Part shown: positions 9,518-19,651 of the stretch, piece after piece
Numbering within the stretch: the first letter of the stretch is position 1
Layout: the number at the start of each line of letters is the position of its first letter
Assembly: GCA_042584585.1 (NCBI GenBank)
Contig: JBHOSQ010000004.1
Location: forward strand, 38,433 to 102,432
Direction of reading: 5' to 3'
From: an archaeon
GTDB lineage: Archaea > B1Sed10-29 > WALL01
Length of the DNA stretch: 64,000 nt
Program-made: the position numbers and the translations under genes
Notes under the pieces: generated by a model
What the model saw: the letters and a program-made list of their open reading frames with translations, nothing else
The model's database searches: none
Told to the model about the DNA's origin: nothing

Positions 9518-10615
9518 TCAGCGCTTGAGGTGCAGCTCAAGGACATCGCCATCGACCAGGATGTGGTCTGCGCCCACGGTCTGCCCGTCGAAGCGGGCGC
9601 TCTTGCCCCAGACCTTGGCGTACTGGAAGCGCGTCGCCCACTCGCGCCGGATTTTTCTGCAGGCGCCGATGACGCGGTGGTCTTTTCTCTTGAGGATAAG
9701 GGGCTCTTTCATGTCCGGGGCATCGCCTATCTTCTTCATGTAGACACGGATAAGCCCAAGTAAGTGGAGTATTTCTTCGCGGAGGGCGTCGAGGTTCTCC
9801 GCGGTTTCGGCCGATACGAGGAGCGCGCCGCTGGCTTCTTTCTTCAGCGCCGCGAGCTCTTTTTTGTTGAGAGAATCGATTTTGTTGATGACGACCAGTG
9901 CCGGGACGTACTTTCGGTTGCCGGTGATTGCGTCGATGAGCTGGTCGATGGTGACGTCCTGCCGCATGACCACGTCCGCGTTGTGGATGCCGTACTCGTG
10001 AAAGATTTCTTTGGCGAATTTTTCGGTGAGGTGCGTGAGCTTGCACGACGCAACGAAGTGCACTCCCCCACTGATTTTTTTCCTTATCGTGACGTCGGGG
10101 GGATGTTCGTTGAGGCGGAGGTTCGCGATGTAGAGCTCGTCAAAAATGACTTTTAGCTGGCCCGGCTTGTCAATCAAGGCTAAGACAAGGTCCGCGTTGC
10201 GGACCACGCTGAGTATTTCCCTGCCGCGGCCCTTGCCTTCGGAAGCACCGCTGATGATCCCGGGGACGTCGAGCAGCTGGATTTTTGCGCCCTTGTACTG
10301 CATGAGCCCCGGGATGACGTTGAGGGTCGTGAACTCGTACGAGCCGACCTTGGACTCGGCGTTGGTTAGTTGGTTGAGGAGGGTTGACTTACCCACGGAC
10401 GGGAAGCCAACGAACAGCACGGTGGCGTCGCCCGTTTTCCTGACGGCGTAGGATGGGCCAGAGTGCGCTGATTTCTTGATGGCGAGCTCCTGGCCTTCCT
10501 TGAGCTTCGCTATTTTTGCCTTGACCAGGCCGATGTGGTGCTGCGTGCGCTTGTTGTACTTAGTGTTCTTCAGCTCTTCCTCGAGCTCCGCGATTTTTTC
10601 TGCTATTACGGCCAT
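9518..10615 (-). CDS. drg: DRG/OBG-family GTPase with TGS domain
   Basis: VGFPSVGKST, YEFTTL, LDVPG, INKID, C-terminal VWGKSARFDGQTVG. Confidence 0.92.
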   Translation of the reverse strand: MAVIAEKIAELEEELKNTKYNKRTQHHIGLVKAKIAKLKEGQELAIKKSAHSGPSYAVRKTGDATVLFVGFPSVGKSTLLNQLTNAESKVGSYEFTTLNVIPGLMQYKGAKIQLLDVPGIISGASEGKGRGREILSVVRNADLVLALIDKPGQLKVIFDELYIANLRLNEHPPDVTIRKKISGGVHFVASCKLTHLTEKFAKEIFHEYGIHNADVVMRQDVTIDQLIDAITGNRKYVPALVVINKIDSLNKKELAALKKEASGALLVSAETAENLDALREEILHLLGLIRVYMKKIGDAPDMKEPLILKRKDHRVIGACRKIRREWATRFQYAKVWGKSARFDGQTVGADHILVDGDVLELHLKR

Positions 10616-11115
10616 GCCCTGAACACCACTAGCTCCTCGGTCAGTATGGACGTGGAGGAAACGGTTTCGTATTCGTAGCCCAGCTCTCCAAGCACGGACT
10701 TCGTTTTGTCTGTGCCTGTAATCGAGCTCTGGACAAAGAGTATTTGCCCGCCCGGGGTTAAATAATGTTTTGCCTCGGCGAGGAATCGGTCCAGCAGCTC
10801 GCGGCCAGTGGGCCCACCGTCCAGCGCAAGCACGCGGGGCTCCTCGTCCGGGAGGTACGGGGGGTTGAAGATGATTGTGTCGAACTTTCCGTCGATGTTT
10901 TCGAACAAGTCGGACTGGATTGCGTTGATTCCTGCGGCCTTGGCGGCGGCAACGGCGCCGGTGTCGATGTCACAAGCAAGGGCCTCAAGGCCCAGCGCAA
11001 TGGCAGCGCGAGCCTGAATCCCGTTTCCCGTGCCGATGTCGAGGACCCTTCCGCGTGCGTAGCGCTTTACGGCTTGCTCGAGGAGGAGCGAGTCCTCCCT
11101 TGGCTCATATACCAT
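10606..11115 (-). CDS. HemK2/PrmC-family methyltransferase
   Basis: VYEPREDSLLL, LDIGTGNG, FNPPYLP, DGGPTG. Confidence 0.88.
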   Translation of the reverse strand: MVYEPREDSLLLEQAVKRYARGRVLDIGTGNGIQARAAIALGLEALACDIDTGAVAAAKAAGINAIQSDLFENIDGKFDTIIFNPPYLPDEEPRVLALDGGPTGRELLDRFLAEAKHYLTPGGQILFVQSSITGTDKTKSVLGELGYEYETVSSTSILTEELVVFRAWP

Positions 11116-11119
11116 GGCC

Positions 11120-11854
11120 TTACATCAGGGGGATGCTGCTGAAGGCGTTCAGCCCGAACAGCGTCGCAAAGATTGCGGAGAAGATAACAAGCACCACCAG
11201 TGCGGCAATGATTATGGCGCCTGATGGCAGCACGACCGCAACCCCCGCCTTGAGCATGTCGATTTGGTGGGCTTCCGCGGTCACCAGTATCTTCAGCCAT
11301 ACTGTGTAAAGCGCGAGCAGGAGGAGGATAAGAATCTCGCCCCAGCTGATTATGACTGCGAGTATCGGAAGGACTGGCATAAAGACTGCCGCCAGGAAGT
11401 TAAGCACGCCCAGGATGATGGCCGCGAATATCATGAAGACGGTAAGCGGGTAGCACATCATTCCGAAGTGCATGCCGTATTCGGACTTGCCGCCGAGTAG
11501 CTTGGCCATGCCCCAGATCATGCCGTACCAAACGATTGATATGATGATGAACGCCAGGATTACCGGGAGGAAGAGTATGACGTAGGCCATTATCGCAATG
11601 ATGGATGCGACAGCCGCCTCGACAACGACCTCGAGTGTCTTGCCGGTGAGCCATGCCACGAGTGAGCCGACCAATTGGCCGACCGCGAGCAGTAGCACGT
11701 TGATTAAGCCCGCCAAAAAGGCAAACAGCACCATAAGCTTTACGCCGTCGCCGAGGCTCGCCTTTCGGACAAGCCGCCGGGCACCCATTTGGGGCCGGAA
11801 AACCAGCATCCTAAAGTCAGTGAATTTTTCGTTGAAGAAACTAACCACGCCCAT
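11120..11854 (-). CDS. Yip1-family multi-pass membrane protein
   Basis: About 5 TM helices with an AKLLGGK motif. Confidence 0.65.
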   Translation of the reverse strand: MGVVSFFNEKFTDFRMLVFRPQMGARRLVRKASLGDGVKLMVLFAFLAGLINVLLLAVGQLVGSLVAWLTGKTLEVVVEAAVASIIAIMAYVILFLPVILAFIIISIVWYGMIWGMAKLLGGKSEYGMHFGMMCYPLTVFMIFAAIILGVLNFLAAVFMPVLPILAVIISWGEILILLLLALYTVWLKILVTAEAHQIDMLKAGVAVVLPSGAIIIAALVVLVIFSAIFATLFGLNAFSSIPLM

Positions 11855-11869
11855 ACGCATCTCCTGTGT

Positions 11870-12472
11870 TTACTTTTGTGCAATGGCGTTTAAAACCCTT
11901 TCGTGGTCAGAGCCCTCTCGGAGTATTTCGGGCGTGTCTCGGAGGTCGACGACGGTCGAGGACTCGCCAACTATCTCCCCGGCATCGATGTAAAGCTCGA
12001 CCAGGTCACCGAAGTAAGAAAAGGACTGCTCGGCCGTGGCCGCGGGCTCTTCGCCGGCCGGGTTCACGGAAGTTGCGGTGATTGGCTTGTTGAATGACTC
12101 GACTATTTCGGCCGCGAGGGGGTTCAGCGGAAGGCGGAACCCGATGCCGCTCGGCGAAAGGTTCCTTGCGAAGCCGCGGCCCTCGAGAATCACCGTGACT
12201 TTTCCGGGCAAAAGCTTTTTCAGGAGGGTTTCCTGCTCGGGGCTGACTTCAGAATATGCCTTTAGCATTCGGAAGCTTGAGACCATGACGCTGATTGGCT
12301 GTTCTGGGTCGCGCTTCTTCAGGGTGAAGATTTGCCGGACGCAGTCGTGGCGCGTGGCATCGGCGCCCAGGCCGTAGAGCGTGTCGGTGGGATAGACCGC
12401 CATCATCCCCTCCTCTAGCACAGAGACTGCCCTCTCGACTATTCCGGGTGAGTTTGCCTTGAGTATTGCCAT
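11870..12472 (-). CDS. sua5: L-threonylcarbamoyladenylate synthase (Sua5/YrdC)
   Basis: YPTDTLYGLGADA, LPGKVTVIL, PITATSVN, SSTVVD. Confidence 0.9.
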   Translation of the reverse strand: MAILKANSPGIVERAVSVLEEGMMAVYPTDTLYGLGADATRHDCVRQIFTLKKRDPEQPISVMVSSFRMLKAYSEVSPEQETLLKKLLPGKVTVILEGRGFARNLSPSGIGFRLPLNPLAAEIVESFNKPITATSVNPAGEEPAATAEQSFSYFGDLVELYIDAGEIVGESSTVVDLRDTPEILREGSDHERVLNAIAQK

Positions 12473-12483
12473 TGTCTCCCCTT

Positions 12484-13137
12484 TTACTGCCTACCGGGCC
12501 TGCCGGTGAAATAAATGCCGATTGCGACAGAAATGATTGCGAACGTGATCAAGCCGAGGCTCTGGAGCAAGAGTATCACGCCCTGGTTTATGTCCGTGAA
12601 GTCCAGTGAGATTACCTGGGGCGCTATTGAGATGAGGACGTATAGGATGACGGCGACGCCGAAGAAGAGGAAGAACATCGAGGCGATGAGCCGCCACTGG
12701 CTCGGGCCCCCAAGCATGGAATCGATGTCGACGCGGTTCAGCTTCTGTGACTCGGCGAGCTTCAGGTTTTCTTCCCGCAGCTTCTTCACCGTCAAGGCCA
12801 TGTCAGTGCTTTTTTGGTTGACGGTCTTGGCGAACTCGCCGAACTTTTGTTCTGACTCGGTGAGCACATCCTTCTTGAGCACTTCCGTCTTTTTCTCGAG
12901 TGCCTTCGCGACCATTCCGTCGATTAGTGCCTGGCTTTTTTGTAGGCGCTCGGAGATGAAGGAGTTCATCTCGCGCTTGAACTTTGAGTAAACGTCCTTG
13001 TCGGCGACTTCCATTATTTTTTTTATTTGGTCGTCCGATAGCCCCAGCTGCCGCAGGTTGTCGACAATTTTGTCGTCGGTGAGGCCCTCGGCACGCATAT
13101 CCGCAACTATCTGCAGGATTTTGGGCTTTTCTGCCAT
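12484..13137 (-). CDS. Hypothetical protein: N-terminal helical domain, coiled coil and 2 C-terminal TM helices
   Basis: Coherent ORF with a TATA-like element about 27 nt upstream. Confidence 0.7.
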   Translation of the reverse strand: MAEKPKILQIVADMRAEGLTDDKIVDNLRQLGLSDDQIKKIMEVADKDVYSKFKREMNSFISERLQKSQALIDGMVAKALEKKTEVLKKDVLTESEQKFGEFAKTVNQKSTDMALTVKKLREENLKLAESQKLNRVDIDSMLGGPSQWRLIASMFFLFFGVAVILYVLISIAPQVISLDFTDINQGVILLLQSLGLITFAIISVAIGIYFTGRPGRQ

Positions 13138-13179
13138 AACGCCAACCATTATAAGGTGAGGGTATTTAAAGTTATCTCG

Positions 13180-13644
13180 ATGGCTCTTGAGCTGCCCTCA
13201 CTGCCGAAATCCGTTGTTTTCAACTCTTCGGTAATCGCCGCGATAGCGATGTCCGCGCTAATCGCAATCATTTTTTTGTGGCAGTTCACGCCGATGCTGA
13301 TGGGCACGTTGGTGGCTCCGGAAGATTCCAAAAAAGAATTGAGTGTTGACTTTTATTATCTTCGCCAGGCCACGCCAGGCCTGCCATGGCAAGTCAACGG
13401 GACTGCGACAAACCCAGGCAACGAGACACTCACCAACATAAACCTCCGCATTTTTTCCGACAGCAACATTGATGGCGCAGACTACGACATAGCCTCCCTT
13501 GCGGGCGGGGCCACGGCCAACTTCACAATCGACGCAAAAATCAGGGCGTCCGCGTTCGAGGGGAAGTTCACCGCGCAAGCAATCGTTTCGGTCGAGGGCC
13601 AGGCCCCCACCGAGTATGCGATACCAGTAAGCATATCACGCTGA
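13180..13644 (+). CDS. Membrane-anchored Ig-like (CARDB/NEW3-type) protein
   Basis: N-terminal TM helix, beta-rich ATNPGNETLTNI motif. Confidence 0.65.
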   Translation: MALELPSLPKSVVFNSSVIAAIAMSALIAIIFLWQFTPMLMGTLVAPEDSKKELSVDFYYLRQATPGLPWQVNGTATNPGNETLTNINLRIFSDSNIDGADYDIASLAGGATANFTIDAKIRASAFEGKFTAQAIVSVEGQAPTEYAIPVSISR

Positions 13645-13698
13645 TTGCCGAAGATACATACGGTAATTATTTAAAGCGACCCGTTCTAAACCCTCTCC

Positions 13699-14379
13699 AT
13701 GGATTCTCTCAAGCAGCAGATAGCTGGCGAGATAGCCCTCTCCAAGAACCCGGGAGCGACGATAAAGAAGTGGCGCGAAATCTTCGGAGTCACCCAGACT
13801 GAATTGGCCGACTACCTGAAGATAACGCCGTCCACAATAAGTGACTACGAGAGCAACCGCCGCAAGAGCCCGGGAATCGGCGTAATCAGCAGGTTCGTCG
13901 ACGCGCTAGTCGACATAGACGCCAACAAGGGAGGGTGGATCCACAAGAAGCTAGCGGGTGAAGAAAAGCCGGACGTCTTCAGCGTCGCGGACTTCAGCAA
14001 GCCCATCCCAGCGAAGGCGTTTGCCAACGCAATCGGCGGAAAAGTCGTGACCAACAAGCGAAGGCTCTCCGAAATACAGCTGTCGGGATTCTCAATCGTG
14101 GACTCGCTTCGCGCGATTCTCGAGCTTCCGGTCGACAACTTCGCCAATATCTATGGGAGGAGCAGCAACCGCGCGGTGATTTTCACGCGCGTTGACGTCG
14201 GTCGATCACCGATGGTAGCAATCAGGGTGACAAACCCCAAGCCGAGTGTTGTTGTCTACCACGGCCTCGACAAAATGGATGACCCGATTGCCAAGAAAAT
14301 CAGCGAGGTTGAAAGGATTCCAATCATTCTCACGACAATGGACATTGAAACGATAAAAGAACGTCTAGGAAGGTTTTGA
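13699..14379 (+). CDS. XRE-type HTH transcriptional regulator (conserved archaeal family)
   Basis: [30 protein letters not shown]...ISDYES; [10 protein letters not shown]. Lies upstream of hmgS. Confidence 0.85.
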   Translation: MDSLKQQIAGEIALSKNPGATIKKWREIFGVTQTELADYLKITPSTISDYESNRRKSPGIGVISRFVDALVDIDANKGGWIHKKLAGEEKPDVFSVADFSKPIPAKAFANAIGGKVVTNKRRLSEIQLSGFSIVDSLRAILELPVDNFANIYGRSSNRAVIFTRVDVGRSPMVAIRVTNPKPSVVVYHGLDKMDDPIAKKISEVERIPIILTTMDIETIKERLGRF

Positions 14380-14381
14380 AA

Positions 14382-15410
14382 ATGGCAGGCATAGTCGGAT
14401 ACGGCGCGTACATCCCGCGCTACAGGATAAAAGTCGAGGAGATTGCGAGTGTCTGGGGCAAAGACGCTGAAGCAATCAAGCGAGGGCTCGGCGTGAAGGA
14501 AAAAAGCGTGCCTGGCCTGGACGAAGACACAATCACTATTTCGACGCATGCCGCGCGCAACGCCATTGAGTATTCAGGCATTGACCCCAAAGAAATCGGC
14601 GCGGTGTATGTCGGAAGTGAGTCACACCCTTACGCTGTAAAGCCTTCCGCGACAACGGTGGCGGAGGCAATCAACGCGACACCGGAACTGACTGCGGCGG
14701 ACTACGAGTTCGCGTGCAAGGCAGGGACAGCCGCAATCCAGACGTGCATGGCAATGGTCGACTCGGGGATGGTGAAGTACGGCCTCGCGATTGGCGCTGA
14801 CACGAGCCAGGGCCGGCCGGGCGACGCGCTCGAGTACACGGCTGCGGCAGGCGGCGCGGCATTCATAATCGGAAAAAAGGACACGATTGCGGACATCGAG
14901 GCGACTTATTCGTTTACTACTGACACGCCCGACTTTTGGAGGCGCGAGGGGCAGGAATACCCCCAGCACGGCGCGAGGTTCACTGGCGTGCCGGCGTACT
15001 TCAGGCACGTACAGGGAGCGACCGACGGATTGCTCAAGAAGACCGGGCACGCCTTAGATGATTTCGACTACGTCGTCTTCCACCAGCCCAACGCCAAGTT
15101 CCCGCTGAGGATGGGGAAGAAGATGGGCATCCCGATGGAGAAGATGGAGACTGGCTTGGTCGGCAAGCGCATCGGAAACACTTATTCCGGCGCAACCCCC
15201 CTGGGGCTTGCGGCGGTCCTTGACGAGGCAAAGGCGGGGGACTTGATTCTGGCCACGAGCTTCGGGTCGGGGGCGGGCAGCGACTCGTTCGCGATAAAGG
15301 TAACGGACAAAATCCACAAGAACACTAGGCCTGTGGACATGTACGCGTCAAGGGTGCATTACCTGAGCTACGGCGAGTACGTGAAGCACAGAAAGAAAAT
15401 CAAGATGTGA
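14382..15410 (+). CDS. hmgS: Hydroxymethylglutaryl-CoA synthase
   Basis: [39 protein letters not shown]. Confidence 0.95.
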   Translation: MAGIVGYGAYIPRYRIKVEEIASVWGKDAEAIKRGLGVKEKSVPGLDEDTITISTHAARNAIEYSGIDPKEIGAVYVGSESHPYAVKPSATTVAEAINATPELTAADYEFACKAGTAAIQTCMAMVDSGMVKYGLAIGADTSQGRPGDALEYTAAAGGAAFIIGKKDTIADIEATYSFTTDTPDFWRREGQEYPQHGARFTGVPAYFRHVQGATDGLLKKTGHALDDFDYVVFHQPNAKFPLRMGKKMGIPMEKMETGLVGKRIGNTYSGATPLGLAAVLDEAKAGDLILATSFGSGAGSDSFAIKVTDKIHKNTRPVDMYASRVHYLSYGEYVKHRKKIKM

Positions 15411-15415
15411 TTGGC

Positions 15416-16582
15416 ATGGAAAAAGTCGCGATAATCGGAACCGGGATGACCAAGTTCGGCGAGCACTGGGACAAGGGCTTGCGAGACTTGATAGCCGAGG
15501 CGGGCGCGAAAGCGGTCACCGACGCAGGCATCGAGGGCAAGGACATCCAGGCAATTTACGGGGGCAACATGAGTGCCGGCAGGTTCATCGGCCAGGAGCA
15601 CGTTGGCGCACTCATCGCGGACGCGATTGGCTTGTGCCCGATTCCATCGACCCGTGTCGAGGCGGCGTGTGCGTCTGGCGGGCTCGCGCTTCGTGATGCG
15701 TACCTTGCGGTCGCGGGCGGAGCTTACGACGTTGTCGTCGCGGGCGGCGTCGAGAAAATGACGGATGTTTATACTGAGCAGGTCTCGCTGACGCTGGGCG
15801 GTGCGGGTGACCAGGAGTGGGAAGTTTTCCACGGCGCCACGTTCCCGTCACTTTACGGGATAATGGCGAGGCGGCACATGCATGACTACGGGACGACCGA
15901 AGAGCAGATGGCCGCGGTCGCGGTCAAGAACCATTCCAACGGCGCGAAAAACCCACTCGCGCAGTTCCCGTTCGAGATTACCGTCGACCAGGTGATGAAG
16001 TCGGGGAAGGTGGCGGAGCCATTGAAGCTGCTGGACTGCTCTCCGATTACTGACGGCGCGGCCGCGGTGATAATCGCGAACGAAAAGTTCGCGAGGAAGG
16101 TGTGCGAGACTCCGGTGTGGATAACCGGAAGCGGGCACGCCACTGACACTCTGGCCCTAGATGACCGCAGGAGCATTACTGAATTGGACGCTGCGAAGCT
16201 CGCCGCACGGGTTGCGATGAAGCAGGCTAACGTCACGCCGAAGGACATTGACCTTGCGGAGGTCCACGACTGCTTCACGATTGCGGAGATTTGTGCGGTA
16301 GAGGACATCGGCTTCGTCAAGAAGGGCGAGGGCGGCAAGGCAGAGGAAGACGGAATTTTCGACCTTAACTCCGACATCTCAATTAACACTAGCGGTGGTT
16401 TGAAGTCTTGTGGCCACCCCGTTGGGGCGACAGGCATCAAGCAGGCCGTCGAAGTGACGTGGCAGCTGCGCGGTGACGCCGGGAAGCGCCAGGTCGACAA
16501 GGCAGAAACGGCCTTGACACACAACATTGGCGGGTCGGGGGCGACTGCTGTCGTACATGTTTACTCAAGGGAGGTGCAATAG
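15416..16582 (+). CDS. Acetoacetyl-CoA thiolase (archaeal type)
   Basis: [31 protein letters not shown]. Confidence 0.93.
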   Translation: MEKVAIIGTGMTKFGEHWDKGLRDLIAEAGAKAVTDAGIEGKDIQAIYGGNMSAGRFIGQEHVGALIADAIGLCPIPSTRVEAACASGGLALRDAYLAVAGGAYDVVVAGGVEKMTDVYTEQVSLTLGGAGDQEWEVFHGATFPSLYGIMARRHMHDYGTTEEQMAAVAVKNHSNGAKNPLAQFPFEITVDQVMKSGKVAEPLKLLDCSPITDGAAAVIIANEKFARKVCETPVWITGSGHATDTLALDDRRSITELDAAKLAARVAMKQANVTPKDIDLAEVHDCFTIAEICAVEDIGFVKKGEGGKAEEDGIFDLNSDISINTSGGLKSCGHPVGATGIKQAVEVTWQLRGDAGKRQVDKAETALTHNIGGSGATAVVHVYSREVQ

Positions 16583-17002
16583 ATGCCGCACAGAAAGAGC
16601 CTTGCATCGATGTGGCGGAGGGCGCCGCAGCGCTACCGAATGGAAAGCACGATGTGCAGTAGCTGCAACACGTATTTCTTCCCGCCCAGGAACTTTTGCC
16701 CGACTTGCAGGCGCAAGAGCAAGATAGAGCCGTACGTCCCGTCCGGAAAGGGCAAGGTTTACTCGTACTCCATTGTGCACGTGGCTCAGGAGGGCTTCGA
16801 ACTGGAAGTGCCTTACGTCCTCGCGATTGTCGAGCTGAAGGAAGGGGCAAAGGTGACGGCACAGGTGTGTGACGTAAACTTTGATGAGCTGAAGATCGGG
16901 ATGCCGGTCGAGACTACCTTCAGGAGAATCAGCGAGGGTGGAGAAAAAGGCATAATCCATTATGCCTACAAGTTTATTCCTACAAGCGAACAGAGTAAGT
17001 GA
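16583..17002 (+). CDS. DUF35 Zn-ribbon/OB-fold scaffold of the thiolase-HMGCS complex
   Basis: CSSC...FPPRNFCPTC, GKVYSYS, downstream of the thiolase. Confidence 0.9.
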   Translation: MPHRKSLASMWRRAPQRYRMESTMCSSCNTYFFPPRNFCPTCRRKSKIEPYVPSGKGKVYSYSIVHVAQEGFELEVPYVLAIVELKEGAKVTAQVCDVNFDELKIGMPVETTFRRISEGGEKGIIHYAYKFIPTSEQSK

Positions 17003-17687
17003 CCGAGTAGCGGTTTTTTCCGGTCTCCTTGTTCACGCCACGTAGGGTGTACGATTCCTTGACTACCGGGCGGTATGTCGCCTGCAGGTGCTGTAGCGAG
17101 ATTTTCGCGGCGCGCTTTGAGCCGAAGTAGATGTCGATGCCGTTCTTGACCAGTTCGTACCTGAAGATTTCTGCCTTGCGGTCTTTTTTCACGAGCGCGT
17201 GCGCCTCGTTCCGCAGGAAAATCAGCGCGGTCTTCAGGCGGTTCAGGTCCACCACCTTTTCCTTGGGCCGGAGCTGGATTATTGCCTCGTAATAGTCCCC
17301 GCTCTTGCGCGAGCAGACTTCGCATATTTGCTTGGCGTACTTCACGGTGAATGGCTTTGTTATCGTGACTTCTTCGCCGCCGAGCGTGCCCTTGACCGTA
17401 ACGTCGTACACTTCTGCCGTCTGGGACTGTTCTGCGCGCTCGACTGATATTTCTGCGTCGTCGAGCAAGGTCTTGACGTGCGAGCGGACTATCTCTTTCA
17501 TGGACGCTGAGCCGCCGCTTTCCCACTCGCCCCTTGACTTTACGCGGAGGCAGCGCTGGCACCGCTTGATTGCCATGCCCTCTATTTCGACAAGGCCAGG
17601 GTGGTCGGCAAGAAAACAGTCGATGCAAAATCCCTTGTAGAACGACTTGCTGGTCTCGCCGCACTTGGGGCAGAACCTATCCTTCAC
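16980..17687 (-). CDS. nmd3: NMD3-family ribosome biogenesis protein
   Basis: Four CxxC pairs and YYEAIIQLR. GTG start overlaps the upstream stop. Confidence 0.85.
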   Translation of the reverse strand: MKDRFCPKCGETSKSFYKGFCIDCFLADHPGLVEIEGMAIKRCQRCLRVKSRGEWESGGSASMKEIVRSHVKTLLDDAEISVERAEQSQTAEVYDVTVKGTLGGEEVTITKPFTVKYAKQICEVCSRKSGDYYEAIIQLRPKEKVVDLNRLKTALIFLRNEAHALVKKDRKAEIFRYELVKNGIDIYFGSKRAAKISLQHLQATYRPVVKESYTLRGVNKETGKNRYSVTYSVRL

Positions 17688-18967
17688 AAGTAGTCCTCCA
17701 GCTTGTACTTCTCGCCGAGTCTCGGCGCGAAGGCGTAGCAACCGAGCTCGTCCTCGGCCCACTGCCTAAGGGCATCGCACTGCTCTTCTTCGCCGTGATT
17801 AACGAACACTGCGGACGGGTCCATGGACTTCAACATTTTGTGCAGGCCACTCACTCCGGAGTGCGCGGAAAAGTCAAAGTGCCTCACGTCAAGGTTCGGG
17901 ACGTTGGTGACCCTGTCGTCGGCCTCGAGCCTGTGCTCGTTCAACAGCTTGTTGCCTGGCGTGCCAGGCACCTGGAACCCGGTGAAGAAGACAGCGGACT
18001 TGCTGAGGTCTTTTATGTCCTGGACGTAGCGCACCGCCGGGCCACCCGAAAGCATGCCCGCGGTCGAGACGACGACGGACGGCTCGTTGAACACTGTGTT
18101 TCGCTGGGGCGGCGCGACAATCCAATTCGCCCACTTCATTGCCTCGTAAAACTCTTCGTAGTCCCTGATTAGCTCAGGGAAGTCAAGATAAATTTCGGTG
18201 ACCGCGCGTGACATGCCGTCCATGTAGACGGGGACCTCGAGCCGGTGCGCGTAAAGCATGGTGATTATTTCCTGGGTGCGGCCGACCGCAAAGCACGGCA
18301 GGAGCACTGAGCCGCCGGCTTCGGTGACCTCGCGAATGGAGGCGATGAATTCTTTCTCGAGCTGCTTGCGTGGGGGGTGGTCACTCATTCCGTACGTCGC
18401 CTCGACGATGACGGCGTCCGCCTTCTTCGGGTACTGGGCGGGCGAGTGGAGGTGGGTTTCTTCGGACTTGACGTCGCCGGAATAGACAATGGTTTTTCCT
18501 TCCGCCTCGGCCTCGACTATGGAGGCGCCGAGTATGTGGCCCGCGTCGTGCATCTTGACGGACAGGTCGGAAGTCACGGTGTAGTCCTTGCCGTAGCTGA
18601 GCCCGTCCGTGTTGCGGAGCATCCGCTTGAGCTGGGCCTTGGTGAAGCATTGGGTCCGGTTGAGCCTCGCGATTTTTAGGGAGTCGTTGAGCAGCAGCTG
18701 GGTGATTGGCACGGTTGCCGTGTGCGTGAGGACGCGGGGCTCCCCGGCCTGGAAGAGGTACGGGACTCCACCGCTGTGGTCGAGGTGCGCGTGCGAAAGC
18801 ACTACCGCGTCGAGGAAGCCATGGACCGGCAGCGGGAACTGCGGCTGGCTGTTCCTGTCCTCTGCCATTTTCATTCCGTAGTCAAAAACTACTTTGCTTT
18901 TCTTTGTTTCGAGGAGTGCCGCACTCCTCCCGACTTCGCGCGCGGCGCCCAAAAAAGACAGTTGCAT
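17684..18967 (-). CDS. Beta-CASP metallo-beta-lactamase ribonuclease (aCPSF family, no KH domains)
   Basis: FLGAAREVGRS, SHAHLDHSG, AGHILG, FAVGRTQE, FSAH, NHGE. Confidence 0.9.
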   Translation of the reverse strand: MQLSFLGAAREVGRSAALLETKKSKVVFDYGMKMAEDRNSQPQFPLPVHGFLDAVVLSHAHLDHSGGVPYLFQAGEPRVLTHTATVPITQLLLNDSLKIARLNRTQCFTKAQLKRMLRNTDGLSYGKDYTVTSDLSVKMHDAGHILGASIVEAEAEGKTIVYSGDVKSEETHLHSPAQYPKKADAVIVEATYGMSDHPPRKQLEKEFIASIREVTEAGGSVLLPCFAVGRTQEIITMLYAHRLEVPVYMDGMSRAVTEIYLDFPELIRDYEEFYEAMKWANWIVAPPQRNTVFNEPSVVVSTAGMLSGGPAVRYVQDIKDLSKSAVFFTGFQVPGTPGNKLLNEHRLEADDRVTNVPNLDVRHFDFSAHSGVSGLHKMLKSMDPSAVFVNHGEEEQCDALRQWAEDELGCYAFAPRLGEKYKLEDYL

Positions 18968-19006
18968 CGCGCTAGTTAAACCCAAGAAGCTTTATAAAGA
19001 TACGGT

Positions 19007-19651
19007 GTGTCTTACGGAACAATGCTCTCAATGCGCGATGGGTTCAGGCTCTTGGACAAGTACGGAATTCCCACCGCACGGTTTGCGGTCGCAAAAAACG
19101 CTGACTCTGCGGCAAAGGCTGCGAAAAAAATCGGGTACCCTGTTGCCATCAAGGTCGACTCGCCGGACATAGTGCACAAGACTGACAGGGGCGTTGTTGC
19201 CTCCGGCATCACGAACGAAAAAGAGCTGCGCGCGGCCGTCAAGAGAGTGATGAAGCGCGCGGGAAAGGCCAAAGCCAAATCAATAATCGTCCAGGAGCAT
19301 TGCTCGGGAAAAGAAGTGATTATCGGCGGGGCCACGGACCCCCAGTTCGGGGACGTTGTGCTGTTCGGGCTCGGCGGGATTTTTGTCGAGGTGCTCAAGG
19401 ACTTTTCAATCAGGGTCACACCAATCACCAAGATGGATGCGGAGGCAATGGTGGAAGAGCTCCGTGGCTATCCATTGCTCGCGGGCGTGAGAGGTGAAGA
19501 GCCCGTGGACATTCCGACCATCGTCTCAACGATTGTCAAGGTATCGAGGATGCTCGAGAACGAGCCGAAGATAAAGGAGCTGGACATCAACCCCTTGTTC
19601 GTTGACGCCAAAGGCGTAAGGGCCGCGGACGTGAGGGTGATTACTTGCTAA
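19007..19651 (+). CDS. acdB: Acetate--CoA ligase (ADP-forming) beta/ATP-grasp subunit
   Basis: GYPVAIKVDSPDIVHKTD, FGLGGIFVEVLKD, ELDINP. Confidence 0.9.
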   Translation: MSYGTMLSMRDGFRLLDKYGIPTARFAVAKNADSAAKAAKKIGYPVAIKVDSPDIVHKTDRGVVASGITNEKELRAAVKRVMKRAGKAKAKSIIVQEHCSGKEVIIGGATDPQFGDVVLFGLGGIFVEVLKDFSIRVTPITKMDAEAMVEELRGYPLLAGVRGEEPVDIPTIVSTIVKVSRMLENEPKIKELDINPLFVDAKGVRAADVRVITC

